Positions 16,204-23,181 of a stretch of DNA of 64,000 nt are shown one piece after another. Source of the stretch: Candidatus Saccharimonadia bacterium. GTDB taxonomy: Bacteria > Patescibacteriota > Saccharimonadia > UBA4664 > JBIOIQ01. The position numbers were made by a program, and so were the translations under genes. The number at the start of each line of letters is the position of its first letter. Position 1 is the stretch's first letter. The stretch spans positions 10,901 to 74,900 of the forward strand of contig JBIOIQ010000003.1 in the NCBI GenBank assembly GCA_044449985.1. The letters are read 5' to 3'. The notes beneath the pieces are model-generated. The model was given only the letters and a program-made list of their open reading frames with translations. It was not told the origin of the DNA and did not search any database.

Positions 16204-17496
16204 GTGGCCAAATCTTCGAAAACTTCTTTGGGGTTACAACTTCGCAGCCCTTCACAACTGCGTATGACCGTACTATTTGGGATTGTAGGAATTCTTGCGG
16301 CAATTGGTATTTATCAGGTATTTTTTGCACATGCGACACCGCAAATTCCCGGAGACTTGAATGGTGATGGAGTCGTCAATATCTTGGATTTGTCTATTCT
16401 TGCCTCGAACTGGGGAGTTCATACCGGAGCCGGGAGCTCATCAGGTGATATTAACAGTGATGGAATAGTTGATATTACCGATCTTTCCATCATGGCCTCT
16501 AACTGGAATCAGACTTCCCTTTCCGGAGTTATTACAGCAGATCCAAATGCGACACCGGAAGCAGTAAATTTATTGAAACTACTCAATACGCTTCCGAGCA
16601 ATCCAAGCCACAGGATTCTGAGTGGGCAATTTGTCGATGACTCGAGCTTATATGCATCAAATGTTAACCCTATCACAACCGCTACCGGGAAAACTCCATC
16701 GATAATTGGCTATGACTTCTTTTGGGATTATTCCGGAAGCGCTTCTTGTAATTCTGGAGCACCCAGGTCAAATAACTGGCAAGATATTGCGGACGATGCG
16801 GTCGCGAAAGCTCAAGTCGGGCATATTATTGAAATTTCATTTCACCTTGATAACCCCGAGAATGCCTGCGCGTATAGTAACCGAACAATTGATTCGAGTA
16901 TTTTTACATCTGGCACCATTGGCAATACAAATTTAAATGCTTCACTTAATAACGAAGTAAGCGCTTTTACTCAGCTTCAAAACAATCACATCCCGGTGCT
17001 TTTTCGGCCGTATCACGAAATGAACGGAAATTGGTTTTGGTGGGGGTCACAAAGCTGGTATCCACAGTTGTGGCAATACACATTCAACTACCTCACGAGT
17101 CATGGAGTGCATAACCTCATTTATGTTTATTCACCAAATCTGAGCGCAGACATGACCCACTACCCGGGCAATAATTATGTTGATGTGGTAGGGGTTGATA
17201 CCTATAGTGCCACTCCAAATGATGGACAATGGATAACGGCCCAACAATCATATGCCCAGAGTACACCTGGCAAACCTTTTGCTATTAGTGAATTTGGGTT
17301 TGCTAATCCTCCGGCTGCGAATACTTACGATAATTCCGTTTTATTGGGTGGGCTGACGGCTACCGCTAACCAAGCAACGGGTCCAAGCTACTTTATGAGT
17401 TGGAGTGATCAGTGGAATATCGATCAACAAAAGAATCTTAGTGTGCTGTACCAAAACTCGGCAATTGCAAATCTCGGAGATTATACAAATCCTTAA
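16204..17496 (+). CDS. Secreted glycoside hydrolase family 26 (beta-mannanase-like) with two dockerin/EF-hand-type repeats
   Basis: 430-aa ORF with an N-terminal anchor/signal (MTVLFGIVGILAAIGIYQVFFAHA). Dockerin-type repeats are DLNGDGVVNILDLSILASNWG and GDINSDGIVDITDLSIMASNW. GH26 signatures are FRPYHEMNGNWFWWG and FAISEFGF. The start (GTG 16204 vs ATG 16264) is uncertain. Confidence 0.8.
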   Translation: MAKSSKTSLGLQLRSPSQLRMTVLFGIVGILAAIGIYQVFFAHATPQIPGDLNGDGVVNILDLSILASNWGVHTGAGSSSGDINSDGIVDITDLSIMASNWNQTSLSGVITADPNATPEAVNLLKLLNTLPSNPSHRILSGQFVDDSSLYASNVNPITTATGKTPSIIGYDFFWDYSGSASCNSGAPRSNNWQDIADDAVAKAQVGHIIEISFHLDNPENACAYSNRTIDSSIFTSGTIGNTNLNASLNNEVSAFTQLQNNHIPVLFRPYHEMNGNWFWWGSQSWYPQLWQYTFNYLTSHGVHNLIYVYSPNLSADMTHYPGNNYVDVVGVDTYSATPNDGQWITAQQSYAQSTPGKPFAISEFGFANPPAANTYDNSVLLGGLTATANQATGPSYFMSWSDQWNIDQQKNLSVLYQNSAIANLGDYTNP

Positions 17497-17579
17497 CTCA
17501 CTGATATCTGGTAAGTGAAAAGGGCTTAGGCGCGAGGAAAGTTTGATCCTTCCCCGCCCCAGAGCCCTTAAAAGTTGAA

Positions 17580-17786
17580 CTACGTCTTGGCCCAAAGCCC
17601 TGGGAAAAACCTTAGCCCCTTTCGGCTTAGGAAGGTTTCTTTCCAATAGGTTTGGACCGTGGTGTCGTAGACGCTTAGAGCCCGTTTGATCCGTCGCCGG
17701 AAACGCCGACCATGGTTCGGGCAAGCAATGACATCGGTGTAACGAGAAGCCGCTTTAGCCGCCTCAAGACAGTTATGCTTCGGCAT
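17580..17786 (-). CDS. Possible small basic protein (68 aa) driven by copy 1 of the duplicated promoter cassette; coding status doubtful
   Basis: ORF MPKHNCLEAAKAASRYTDVIACPNHGRRFRRRIKRAL... sits behind the TTTACG-17-TATAAT promoter copy with a GGGGG motif 4 nt upstream of the ATG. I recognised no family. Confidence 0.25.
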   Translation of the reverse strand: MPKHNCLEAAKAASRYTDVIACPNHGRRFRRRIKRALSVYDTTVQTYWKETFLSRKGLRFFPGLWAKT

Positions 17787-17816
17787 TTTGCCCCCATTTG
17801 AAGGTGGAATATGGAA

Positions 17817-17932
17817 ACTTTACAGGAGAAGTCGCTGAACTGAATGGAGAGATTATATATCCACACCGAGAAAACGTAAAGCTCAGCTTTCTGCTGAGCT
17901 TTACCGAATACGTTTATATAATTTGGTGCTCC
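17817..17932 (-). repeat. Copy 1 of a ~110-bp duplicated terminator-promoter-leader cassette
   Basis: Aligns by eye with 18621..18731, with many substitutions. It contains hairpin AAAGCTCAGC-TTTCT-GCTGAGCTTT (17878-17902). Read on the minus strand it has TTTACG, a 17-nt spacer, TATAAT and a conserved leader CTCCATTCAG..AGCG...CTCCTG.AAAG. It ends with TGGTGCtCC, resembling the tRNA-Arg 3' end. Confidence 0.7.
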
Positions 17933-18009
17933 TGATCGCACACCTCTCAAACTCTGACTTCGCTTCCGAGGTCCAGATACTGCTTGAGCTGATCAACGAA
18001 CTACGCAGT

Positions 18010-18041
18010 AAAAACCGCGCCCAGGGTTAGATCTGGGCGCG
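18010..18041 (-). terminator. Rho-independent terminator of the 18117..18590 gene
   Basis: The minus strand reads CGCGCCCAG-(8 nt)-CTGGGCGCG followed by GTTTTT. Confidence 0.7.
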
Positions 18042-18116
18042 TTGCGCGAACTTTCAACCCGGCCGGGACGGCACAGCCATTATGTGTCGTAGATCAGTTG
18101 TAAATGCCGATGCAGC

Positions 18117-18590
18117 TTAGTCGCCTGCTACGAAAAACAAAATGACCCAAGGAACCAAGAACCAGAACAAAATCTCTCCGAGAACAATGGCAAGGGCCAG
18201 GGCCATCAAGAAGCCATAGGCGGCACCCTGCACCAGCCCGAAAATCCCACCGGCCACTCCTGCGCCAACTGCCGAGACTGGCAGACCCTGGTTTTGGCCT
18301 GAGGTCACAACTTGCAGTGTGCGGCTTCGAAATTCTTTGTGCCAGTAATAGCACAGCACGATGACCGCAACGAAGACATAGGTTAGGGCAAAACCCAGTT
18401 TTTCTGAACCAGTCGTAAATGGGGTGTCGCCATATTTGGCCCTACCAGTATGGTAGCCCATGCCACCTGAGACGAAAATTGCTGGAACAATGCCCACGAA
18501 GGCTGTCGTGAGGCCGGTTTTCTTACCAAACTCCATCGCCAGCCGCCTAAGCTGACGCTTCTGCCCGTATTCCAAGTCAGTAACTGACAT
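18117..18590 (-). CDS. Small polytopic membrane protein (about 4 TM), hypothetical
   Basis: The track ORF 18117..18767 runs into the tRNA, so I trimmed it to ATG 18590, which is preceded by an AGGAGG SD. Sequence MSVTDLEYGQKRQLRRLAMEFGKKTGLTTAFVGIVPAIFVSGG... has Gly/Ala-rich TM helices. The DNA is G+C-rich: I counted 38/60 at 18181-18240. Confidence 0.6.
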   Translation of the reverse strand: MSVTDLEYGQKRQLRRLAMEFGKKTGLTTAFVGIVPAIFVSGGMGYHTGRAKYGDTPFTTGSEKLGFALTYVFVAVIVLCYYWHKEFRSRTLQVVTSGQNQGLPVSAVGAGVAGGIFGLVQGAAYGFLMALALAIVLGEILFWFLVPWVILFFVAGD

Positions 18591-18620
18591 GACAAGCCTC
18601 CTGAGTAGAGTGTTCCGGGT

Positions 18621-18731
18621 ACTTTCAGGAGCAACCGCTCGACTGAATGGAGCGATTATATATCCGTGCAGATCTAACGTAAAGCTCAGCATATTAGCTG
18701 AGCTATCGGAAATGTTTATAAATGGTGCGCC
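18621..18731 (-). repeat. Copy 2 of the duplicated terminator-promoter-leader cassette, abutting and overlapping the tRNA-Arg 3' end
   Basis: Hairpin AGCTCAGC-ATATTA-GCTGAGCT. Minus-strand TTTACG (18683-18678), a 17-nt spacer, then TATAAT (18660-18655). The leader runs to the AGGAGG SD of 18117..18590. Confidence 0.7.
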
Positions 18732-18798
18732 CGGGAGGATTCGAACCTCCGACCCCCAGCACCGCAAGCTGATGCTCTATCCACTGAGCTACGAGCGC
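18723..18798 (-). tRNA. tRNA-Arg(GCG), CCA encoded
   Basis: 76 nt, GCGCTCGTAGCTCAGTGGATAGAGCATCAGCTTGCGGTGCTGGGGGTCGGAGGTTCGAATCCTCCCGGGCGCACCA. It folds by hand into a canonical cloverleaf with anticodon loop TTGCGGT. Confidence 0.9.
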
Positions 18799-18850
18799 AT
18801 GAACGAGTGCTACAGTAGCATATTTAGAGAACAGTTAATAGATTTGACGA

Positions 18851-19555
18851 CTATTTTACGATCGTAGATTGGGCTAAGATCTGGTTAAACTCGGTCAAAT
18901 AGTCATGAGTGTCGGTAATGAGCTCTAAGGTTTTATCTCTGACTGGTACTAGGACTAGTACCCCATTATGAAACTGGTCAAACTTACCGTCGTACCAGGT
19001 AGAGGCGATTCCGGAAACCGTGACACTCTTGTTGGTGACGCCGTTTGTTTTGGCGATACCGACAAGATTGGCGATGACGGTCGTACTCCTCTCGTTGATC
19101 AAAACCGCACGGAAAGCATATGAATTCGTGGCCGGGTTTTGGCCGGATAAGGTCACAAAGCTAGGGTTTAGGTAGAGCACTACCTGATTGAGCTGGCTGT
19201 CGTCTTCAATGACGTATGCGTTCCAGTCTTTTGGGAACTTTATGTCAAAACCCCCGTAGAGCTCAGGTGCGACATAATCTCGAAAAGGGGTTTCCCCAGC
19301 AATCAGAGCGTTTTGCTGATCGGTTTTGAGTTGGGTCGCCTTACCTTGGGCAATATAGGTTTGTGATGCTATAGAGAGTTGTGACTGGACATGTCGTTCA
19401 TTGCCAAAAATTACTATCGCTATGATTGCAACTACAACTACCATTACCCCTAGAAAGATACTCGAGATAAGAAAAATATTCACTTCACTTTTTGCGGACG
19501 GGATTTGGTCGTACATGCTTACGCTTATAATACCGAATCCGAGGGCATTGTCCAC
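18851..19555 (-). CDS. Membrane-anchored hypothetical protein
   Basis: 234-aa ORF with a GTG start and one TM (IFLISSIFLGVMVVVVAIIAIVIF), followed by a ~170-aa external domain. I recognised no family. The start is uncertain; ATG 19516 is an alternative. Confidence 0.55.
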   Translation of the reverse strand: MDNALGFGIISVSMYDQIPSAKSEVNIFLISSIFLGVMVVVVAIIAIVIFGNERHVQSQLSIASQTYIAQGKATQLKTDQQNALIAGETPFRDYVAPELYGGFDIKFPKDWNAYVIEDDSQLNQVVLYLNPSFVTLSGQNPATNSYAFRAVLINERSTTVIANLVGIAKTNGVTNKSVTVSGIASTWYDGKFDQFHNGVLVLVPVRDKTLELITDTHDYLTEFNQILAQSTIVK

Positions 19556-19698
19556 TGGGTGTGATACCTAGATTGATGGTTTAGTGGCAACTCCTAAACC
19601 GGCAAAGATTATTCTTTGTCAGGTTGGGGGTTGACCTCGCCAACTGGCTTGCACCAGGTGGCGAGGTGAAAATATAGGGATGCAGAACGGAGTTGGGT

Positions 19699-20127
19699 TT
19701 AGGCGAGAACCTTCACATCCGCCATTTCAGCCAGAAATTCGGCAATGCTCATGCCTTCACCCTCGGTAAACCTGGAACGTTGCCCGAAGTAGCGATATCC
19801 AAGTGCCGCGTAGGGGGTGTCATTCTTCGGGAGATACTTGTTCCAGAGGATCATGGTTTTTTCGCGCATGTCCGTGGGCAGGGCTTTTGCGTAACGCAGG
19901 CCGACCCCGTCATTATGGGCGATGACCACGGCATCGAAATGATCGGCTGAGGCTGATCTTGCTCGATCGAGACTTTTCTCGGAACAATGGTAGTGTCCGC
20001 CCCGAGCACTGTCCCAGAAGTCGTACAGATCATCGAGCTGAGTTTCTACCTCGAATTTGCGACTCCTTAAGTCGCTTGCGTCGAACAACAACTGATCATC
20101 TCCGATGACAAGCACCCGAAGAATCAT
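19699..20127 (-). CDS. Hypothetical protein with receiver-like (CheY-fold-like) sequence pattern
   Basis: I chose ATG 20127 because an AAGGAG SD lies 6 nt upstream; the track start is GTG 20148. The pattern MILRVLVIGDD...FDAVVIAHNDG...KTMILWNK alternates beta-strand-like hydrophobic blocks. Function is unknown. Confidence 0.5.
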   Translation of the reverse strand: MILRVLVIGDDQLLFDASDLRSRKFEVETQLDDLYDFWDSARGGHYHCSEKSLDRARSASADHFDAVVIAHNDGVGLRYAKALPTDMREKTMILWNKYLPKNDTPYAALGYRYFGQRSRFTEGEGMSIAEFLAEMADVKVLA

Positions 20128-20164
20128 TCCACGCTCCTTGGCAGCCACAACCTAAGACGGTCTT

Positions 20165-20212
20165 AAGTTGGGAGAAATATCAATAAAGTAATGTTAATAT
20201 TTCACCCAACTT
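20165..20212. repeat. 16-bp inverted repeat (1 mismatch) with 16-nt spacer, upstream of 19699..20127
   Basis: AAGTTGGGAGAAATAT (20165-20180) pairs with ATATTTCACCCAACTT (20197-20212). It could be an operator or a terminator-like hairpin between two minus-strand genes. Confidence 0.6.
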
Positions 20213-20299
20213 AACTACCTAAAAATCAAATCATTCTAAAGCTAAAAAACTATCGTGACTGAAACCTGGGTCAACCAGATCGACCGCTAGTGTAATGCA

Positions 20300-20324
20300 C
20301 CCCCGGTCTTGAATCGACCGGGGG
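20300..20324 (-). terminator. Strong GC hairpin 5 nt downstream of the 20329..20730 stop (terminator-like, no U run)
   Basis: CCCCCGGTC-(7 nt)-GACCGGGGG, a perfect 9-bp stem. Confidence 0.4.
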
Positions 20325-20328
20325 CAAT

Positions 20329-20730
20329 CTAGACAATGTGCAGGGCGTAGCTGCCGAAGGCAACGACACCTGCAAGGCCGATCAGGACAGTCCCAGTAAT
20401 CCCCATAGTGTAGAGGAACTTGGATCCGTCGGGCTTTTTAAACGGCCAGTAAATGACTCCGTAACACCAGCCAAAGCCGCTCATTCCGAGCAACAACAGT
20501 AAAAGGCTGATGCCAAAGTTTGCCCGGAAGTTTCGGGGGAGCCGGTAGGCACTTAAGATGAATCCGTACGATCCCACGACTATCGCGACTCCAGCAATAA
20601 ACACTGAGAGAGCAAAGATCGCCCAAAGCAGGGGTCTCGATTCGGAGAGGGGCTTTTCGTGGCTCATGGGAAGTTGGTGTTCGGAAAAAAGCTGGATAAC
20701 CTTCCGACTTGATTCAGGTTCGTTTGGCAT
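20329..20730 (-). CDS. Small membrane protein (about 4 TM), hypothetical
   Basis: 133-aa ORF with hydrophobic helices LLWAIFALSVFIAGVAIVVGSYGFIL, ISLLLLLLGMSGFGWCYGVIYW and ITGTVLIGLAGVVAFGSYAL. Confidence 0.55.
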   Translation of the reverse strand: MPNEPESSRKVIQLFSEHQLPMSHEKPLSESRPLLWAIFALSVFIAGVAIVVGSYGFILSAYRLPRNFRANFGISLLLLLLGMSGFGWCYGVIYWPFKKPDGSKFLYTMGITGTVLIGLAGVVAFGSYALHIV

Positions 20731-20923
20731 CCTGTGATGGTCCTACTTTCTAATCTGGGAGTGGGCGAGGAAACTACGCAGGGTTGAGCCGAGCGCAGGA
20801 AATTTCAAAAACGTGTTAAGGAGCAAATCCATTTTTTCGGAGTTTACTATACAACTAAAAATAAGGATAGTCAATCAGTTATGGTCGAATGTTGGGATAA
20901 ATTAAGATCAAAAATTTGTTATC

Positions 20924-21018
<95 letters not shown>

Positions 21019-21073
21019 ATATAAGTGATCAATGACTCATTTTAGATGAAAATCTTGATTTGACCAATAACAA

Positions 21074-21820
21074 TTAGAACTTGATAATGCGAGTCGCCCG
21101 TTCGACCAGATCCGGCAGACGATCGGCTCGCGGCAAATTCTGTGACAGTATACCCAAGATACTATCAAGGTCTTTGGATTCAAAAATTATCGTCAGTCGA
21201 GGTTGAAAGCGTTGGGTAGGATCAAGATCAATACTGTGCCAAGCCACATCGTTAAAGACGGAGAATGAGCGAAATTGTTCATAACGATACAGTTTATTCT
21301 CAACTGATATACCCCCGTCATCGATCATATAGTTTAATACCCGGGGTTCTTTCTTGGCATAAACGAGGAGTGCAAATGCCATTGCAACGAACACCGCGGC
21401 GCTGAACCATTGTTTGGTTATTAAGGCTATTCCGATCAATAAAAGTGCTACTACGGCAAAGCCGAAATACCATAAACCTTGCTTTTGATGATGAATAAAC
21501 TCAGAAGCCTGCCAGGAGAAACTGGCATTTTCGCCGGCTTCGCTATCACCGTCCTCTTCTGAGGAATCGTCCGGGGTAGCCAAACTATCCTCGTTGTTTG
21601 TAGAATAATCAGATTCGTTTGTACCGGTTTCAGGTAACGTCTGATCAGTTTCTTCTGACTGGGGATTATTAAGCTCCTGAGATAATTCTGAAGGTGGACT
21701 GAATTGGGGTTGAGAATTCTGCATGTCCGGGACCTGATTTGGATATAACGGCTGAGGCTGGACAACTTGGCCAGGTTGTACTTGGGGTTCGTTAGTTTGT
21801 TGCCCAGGAGATTCGTCCAT
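21074..21820 (-). CDS. Membrane protein with Gln/Pro/acidic-rich N-terminus, hypothetical
   Basis: I trimmed the track ORF to ATG 21820, which has a GAGGA SD. The sequence runs MDESPGQQTNEPQVQPGQVVQPQPLYPNQ... and is followed by two TM helices (LWYFGFAVVALLLIGIALI, FSAAVFVAMAFALLVYA) and a C-terminal soluble domain. Confidence 0.6.
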   Translation of the reverse strand: MDESPGQQTNEPQVQPGQVVQPQPLYPNQVPDMQNSQPQFSPPSELSQELNNPQSEETDQTLPETGTNESDYSTNNEDSLATPDDSSEEDGDSEAGENASFSWQASEFIHHQKQGLWYFGFAVVALLLIGIALITKQWFSAAVFVAMAFALLVYAKKEPRVLNYMIDDGGISVENKLYRYEQFRSFSVFNDVAWHSIDLDPTQRFQPRLTIIFESKDLDSILGILSQNLPRADRLPDLVERATRIIKF

Positions 21821-21933
21821 ATCATCCTCGATATTGCAAACATTATGAACGAATAAGAAGCCAAATACAATTCTGCTTGAGGTTAGACCCGAGCCTAACG
21901 GAGGACTCTTCAAGCGAGTTCCGCTGCAACAGC

Positions 21934-21962
21934 TTGAAAATTGGACCTTCCAAGGCTATACT
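21934..21962 (+). promoter_or_regulatory. Candidate promoter of the tRNA-Ser(TGA)-tRNA-Ser(GCT) pair
   Basis: TTGAAA (21934-21939), a 17-nt spacer, then TATACT (21957-21962). This lies ~25 nt upstream of the first tRNA. Confidence 0.55.
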
Positions 21963-21988
21963 CACAAAGTTAGTGAGGGGGAGCCGGA

Positions 21989-22078
21989 GGAGGGGTCGCA
22001 TAGCGGCCGAGTGCACCGGTCTTGAAAACCGGAGACCCAGCAATGGGTCCGTGGGTTCGAATCCCACCCCCTCCGCCA
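21989..22078 (+). tRNA. tRNA-Ser(TGA), CCA encoded
   Basis: 90 nt, GGAGGGGTCGCATAGCGGCCGAGTGCACCGGTCTTGAAAACCGG...GTGGGTTCGAATCCCACCCCCTCCGCCA. Anticodon loop is CTTGAAA, with a long variable arm. Confidence 0.9.
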
Positions 22079-22106
22079 GATAGTATAATATTCAGATTAG
22101 TCGCCT

Positions 22107-22199
22107 GGAGAGGTACCCAAGAGGCTGAAGGGGCGGGTTTGCTAAACCTGTAGGGGGGAGTAATCCCTCGCGAGAGTTCGAATCTCTCCCTCTCCGCCA
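22107..22199 (+). tRNA. tRNA-Ser(GCT), CCA encoded
   Basis: 93 nt, GGAGAGGTACCCAAGAGGCTGAAGGGGCGGGTTTGCTAAACCTG...GAGAGTTCGAATCTCTCCCTCTCCGCCA. Anticodon loop is TTGCTAA, with a long variable arm. Confidence 0.9.
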
Positions 22200-22205
22200 A
22201 AAAAT

Positions 22206-22230
22206 GATCACGCAGTCGTGGTCTTTTTTT
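22206..22230 (+). terminator. Rho-independent terminator after the tRNA-Ser pair
   Basis: GATCACG-CAGT-CGTGGTC followed by T7. Confidence 0.7.
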
Positions 22231-22236
22231 GTTGGC

Positions 22237-23181
22237 TTAAACTTTTCCGGTTGTCAGAGCTTTTATCTGATCAAGCTGAAGTTGAGCTTGATCAGAGTTA
22301 CCTTCTTTTTGGTAAAGCGTGTACAACAGTGAATGAGTGGGAAGATAGCTCGGATCCTGATGAGTCGACTTGATCAGGTATGATTCTGATTCCGCCAACT
22401 TGCTTGAATCATTTGGGCTGAGAACGAAATCTATCTCGCCCAGTAGATACTGATCCCGGGCGCCCAGGTTTGTTTGCGACAGGAGGATTGTTCTAGAGCT
22501 TCGGAGAAGTCCCTGGGAGTTTAGAAAGTACGCCAGTGGTATTTTACCTGTTTTGATTTGATCTAAGTCTCTAAGGACCTCTACAGAGCTCACAGAGCTT
22601 ATTAGTTTAGTTAATAGATCGTTATTGTTAACTACTGCATAGAGAATTCCCAATTGAATCTGTGATGCTTGATTATTAGGATCCATTGCTAAAGCAGATT
22701 TGATACTGGAAAGAGACTGGATAGTATCTCCTGATTCAAGTTCAATTTTTGAACGGGCTAACCAGTTGGAAGCCGATGGACTCGATTTCGTAATCTGTTT
22801 AGCCAGCGTTTCGCCGAGTTTAAGTTGTCCTGTAGCCAGTGTCAGACTGATGATTTCACTCCCCCCTCCCCCATTCGGGAGGCGCTCGAGAGTTTTAATG
22901 GCGTCATCAGGTCGCTTCGCTGAGGCGTACGCACTTGCCAGTAACTGAATGATCTGTTGGTTGCGTGGAGCCAACCAGCTTGCAATCTGGTAGTCGAGTA
23001 ATTCTTGGTCAATGTCGCCAGTTTTTAACGCTTGTTTGGCACTTAAAACGAGACTCACAGCCCGATTGTTAGCAAGATAGATCACCAGCGGACTAAAGAT
23101 AACGACAATAATGATTAACCCGACGCCCCAGCGGAGCATGGTTTTAGCTTTGGGATGCTTCGATTGCCGAGATTTGCTCAT
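22237..23181 (-). CDS. Membrane-anchored TPR-like repeat protein, hypothetical
   Basis: 314-aa ORF with N-terminal TM (WGVGLIIIVVIFSPLVIYL) followed by helical-repeat-like sequence. The printed start overlaps the valS end by 38 nt; ATG 23139 is an alternative start. Confidence 0.6.
   Translation of the reverse strand: MSKSRQSKHPKAKTMLRWGVGLIIIVVIFSPLVIYLANNRAVSLVLSAKQALKTGDIDQELLDYQIASWLAPRNQQIIQLLASAYASAKRPDDAIKTLERLPNGGGGSEIISLTLATGQLKLGETLAKQITKSSPSASNWLARSKIELESGDTIQSLSSIKSALAMDPNNQASQIQLGILYAVVNNNDLLTKLISSVSSVEVLRDLDQIKTGKIPLAYFLNSQGLLRSSRTILLSQTNLGARDQYLLGEIDFVLSPNDSSKLAESESYLIKSTHQDPSYLPTHSLLYTLYQKEGNSDQAQLQLDQIKALTTGKV

Noticed and set aside
17510-17790. Possible RNase P RNA or another structured ncRNA in the ORF-poor, G+C-rich stretch. 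The strings seen were GGTAAGTGAAAAGGG, GAGGAAAGT at 17534-17542 and CAAGACAG.
   Set aside because: The motifs are in the wrong order for RNase P (the GGTAAG...GAAA string precedes the GAGGAAAG string). The P4 partner ACAGAANCCGGCTTA is not present. I could not build the conserved helices. No tRNA-like end for tmRNA is present and there is no SRP domain IV motif. An Infernal scan is still needed.
18117-18767. The track ORF of 216 aa as printed.
   Set aside because: Its 5' third runs through the duplicated cassette and into tRNA-Arg. An internal ATG (18590) with a perfect AGGAGG SD gives a coherent membrane protein, so I report only 18117-18590.
21843-22200. ORFs overlapping the tRNA-Ser(TGA)/tRNA-Ser(GCT) pair (21843-22067, 21877-22083, 21970-22200).
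   Set aside because: They are translations of tRNA genes and their spacer. The cloverleaf folds explain the sequence.
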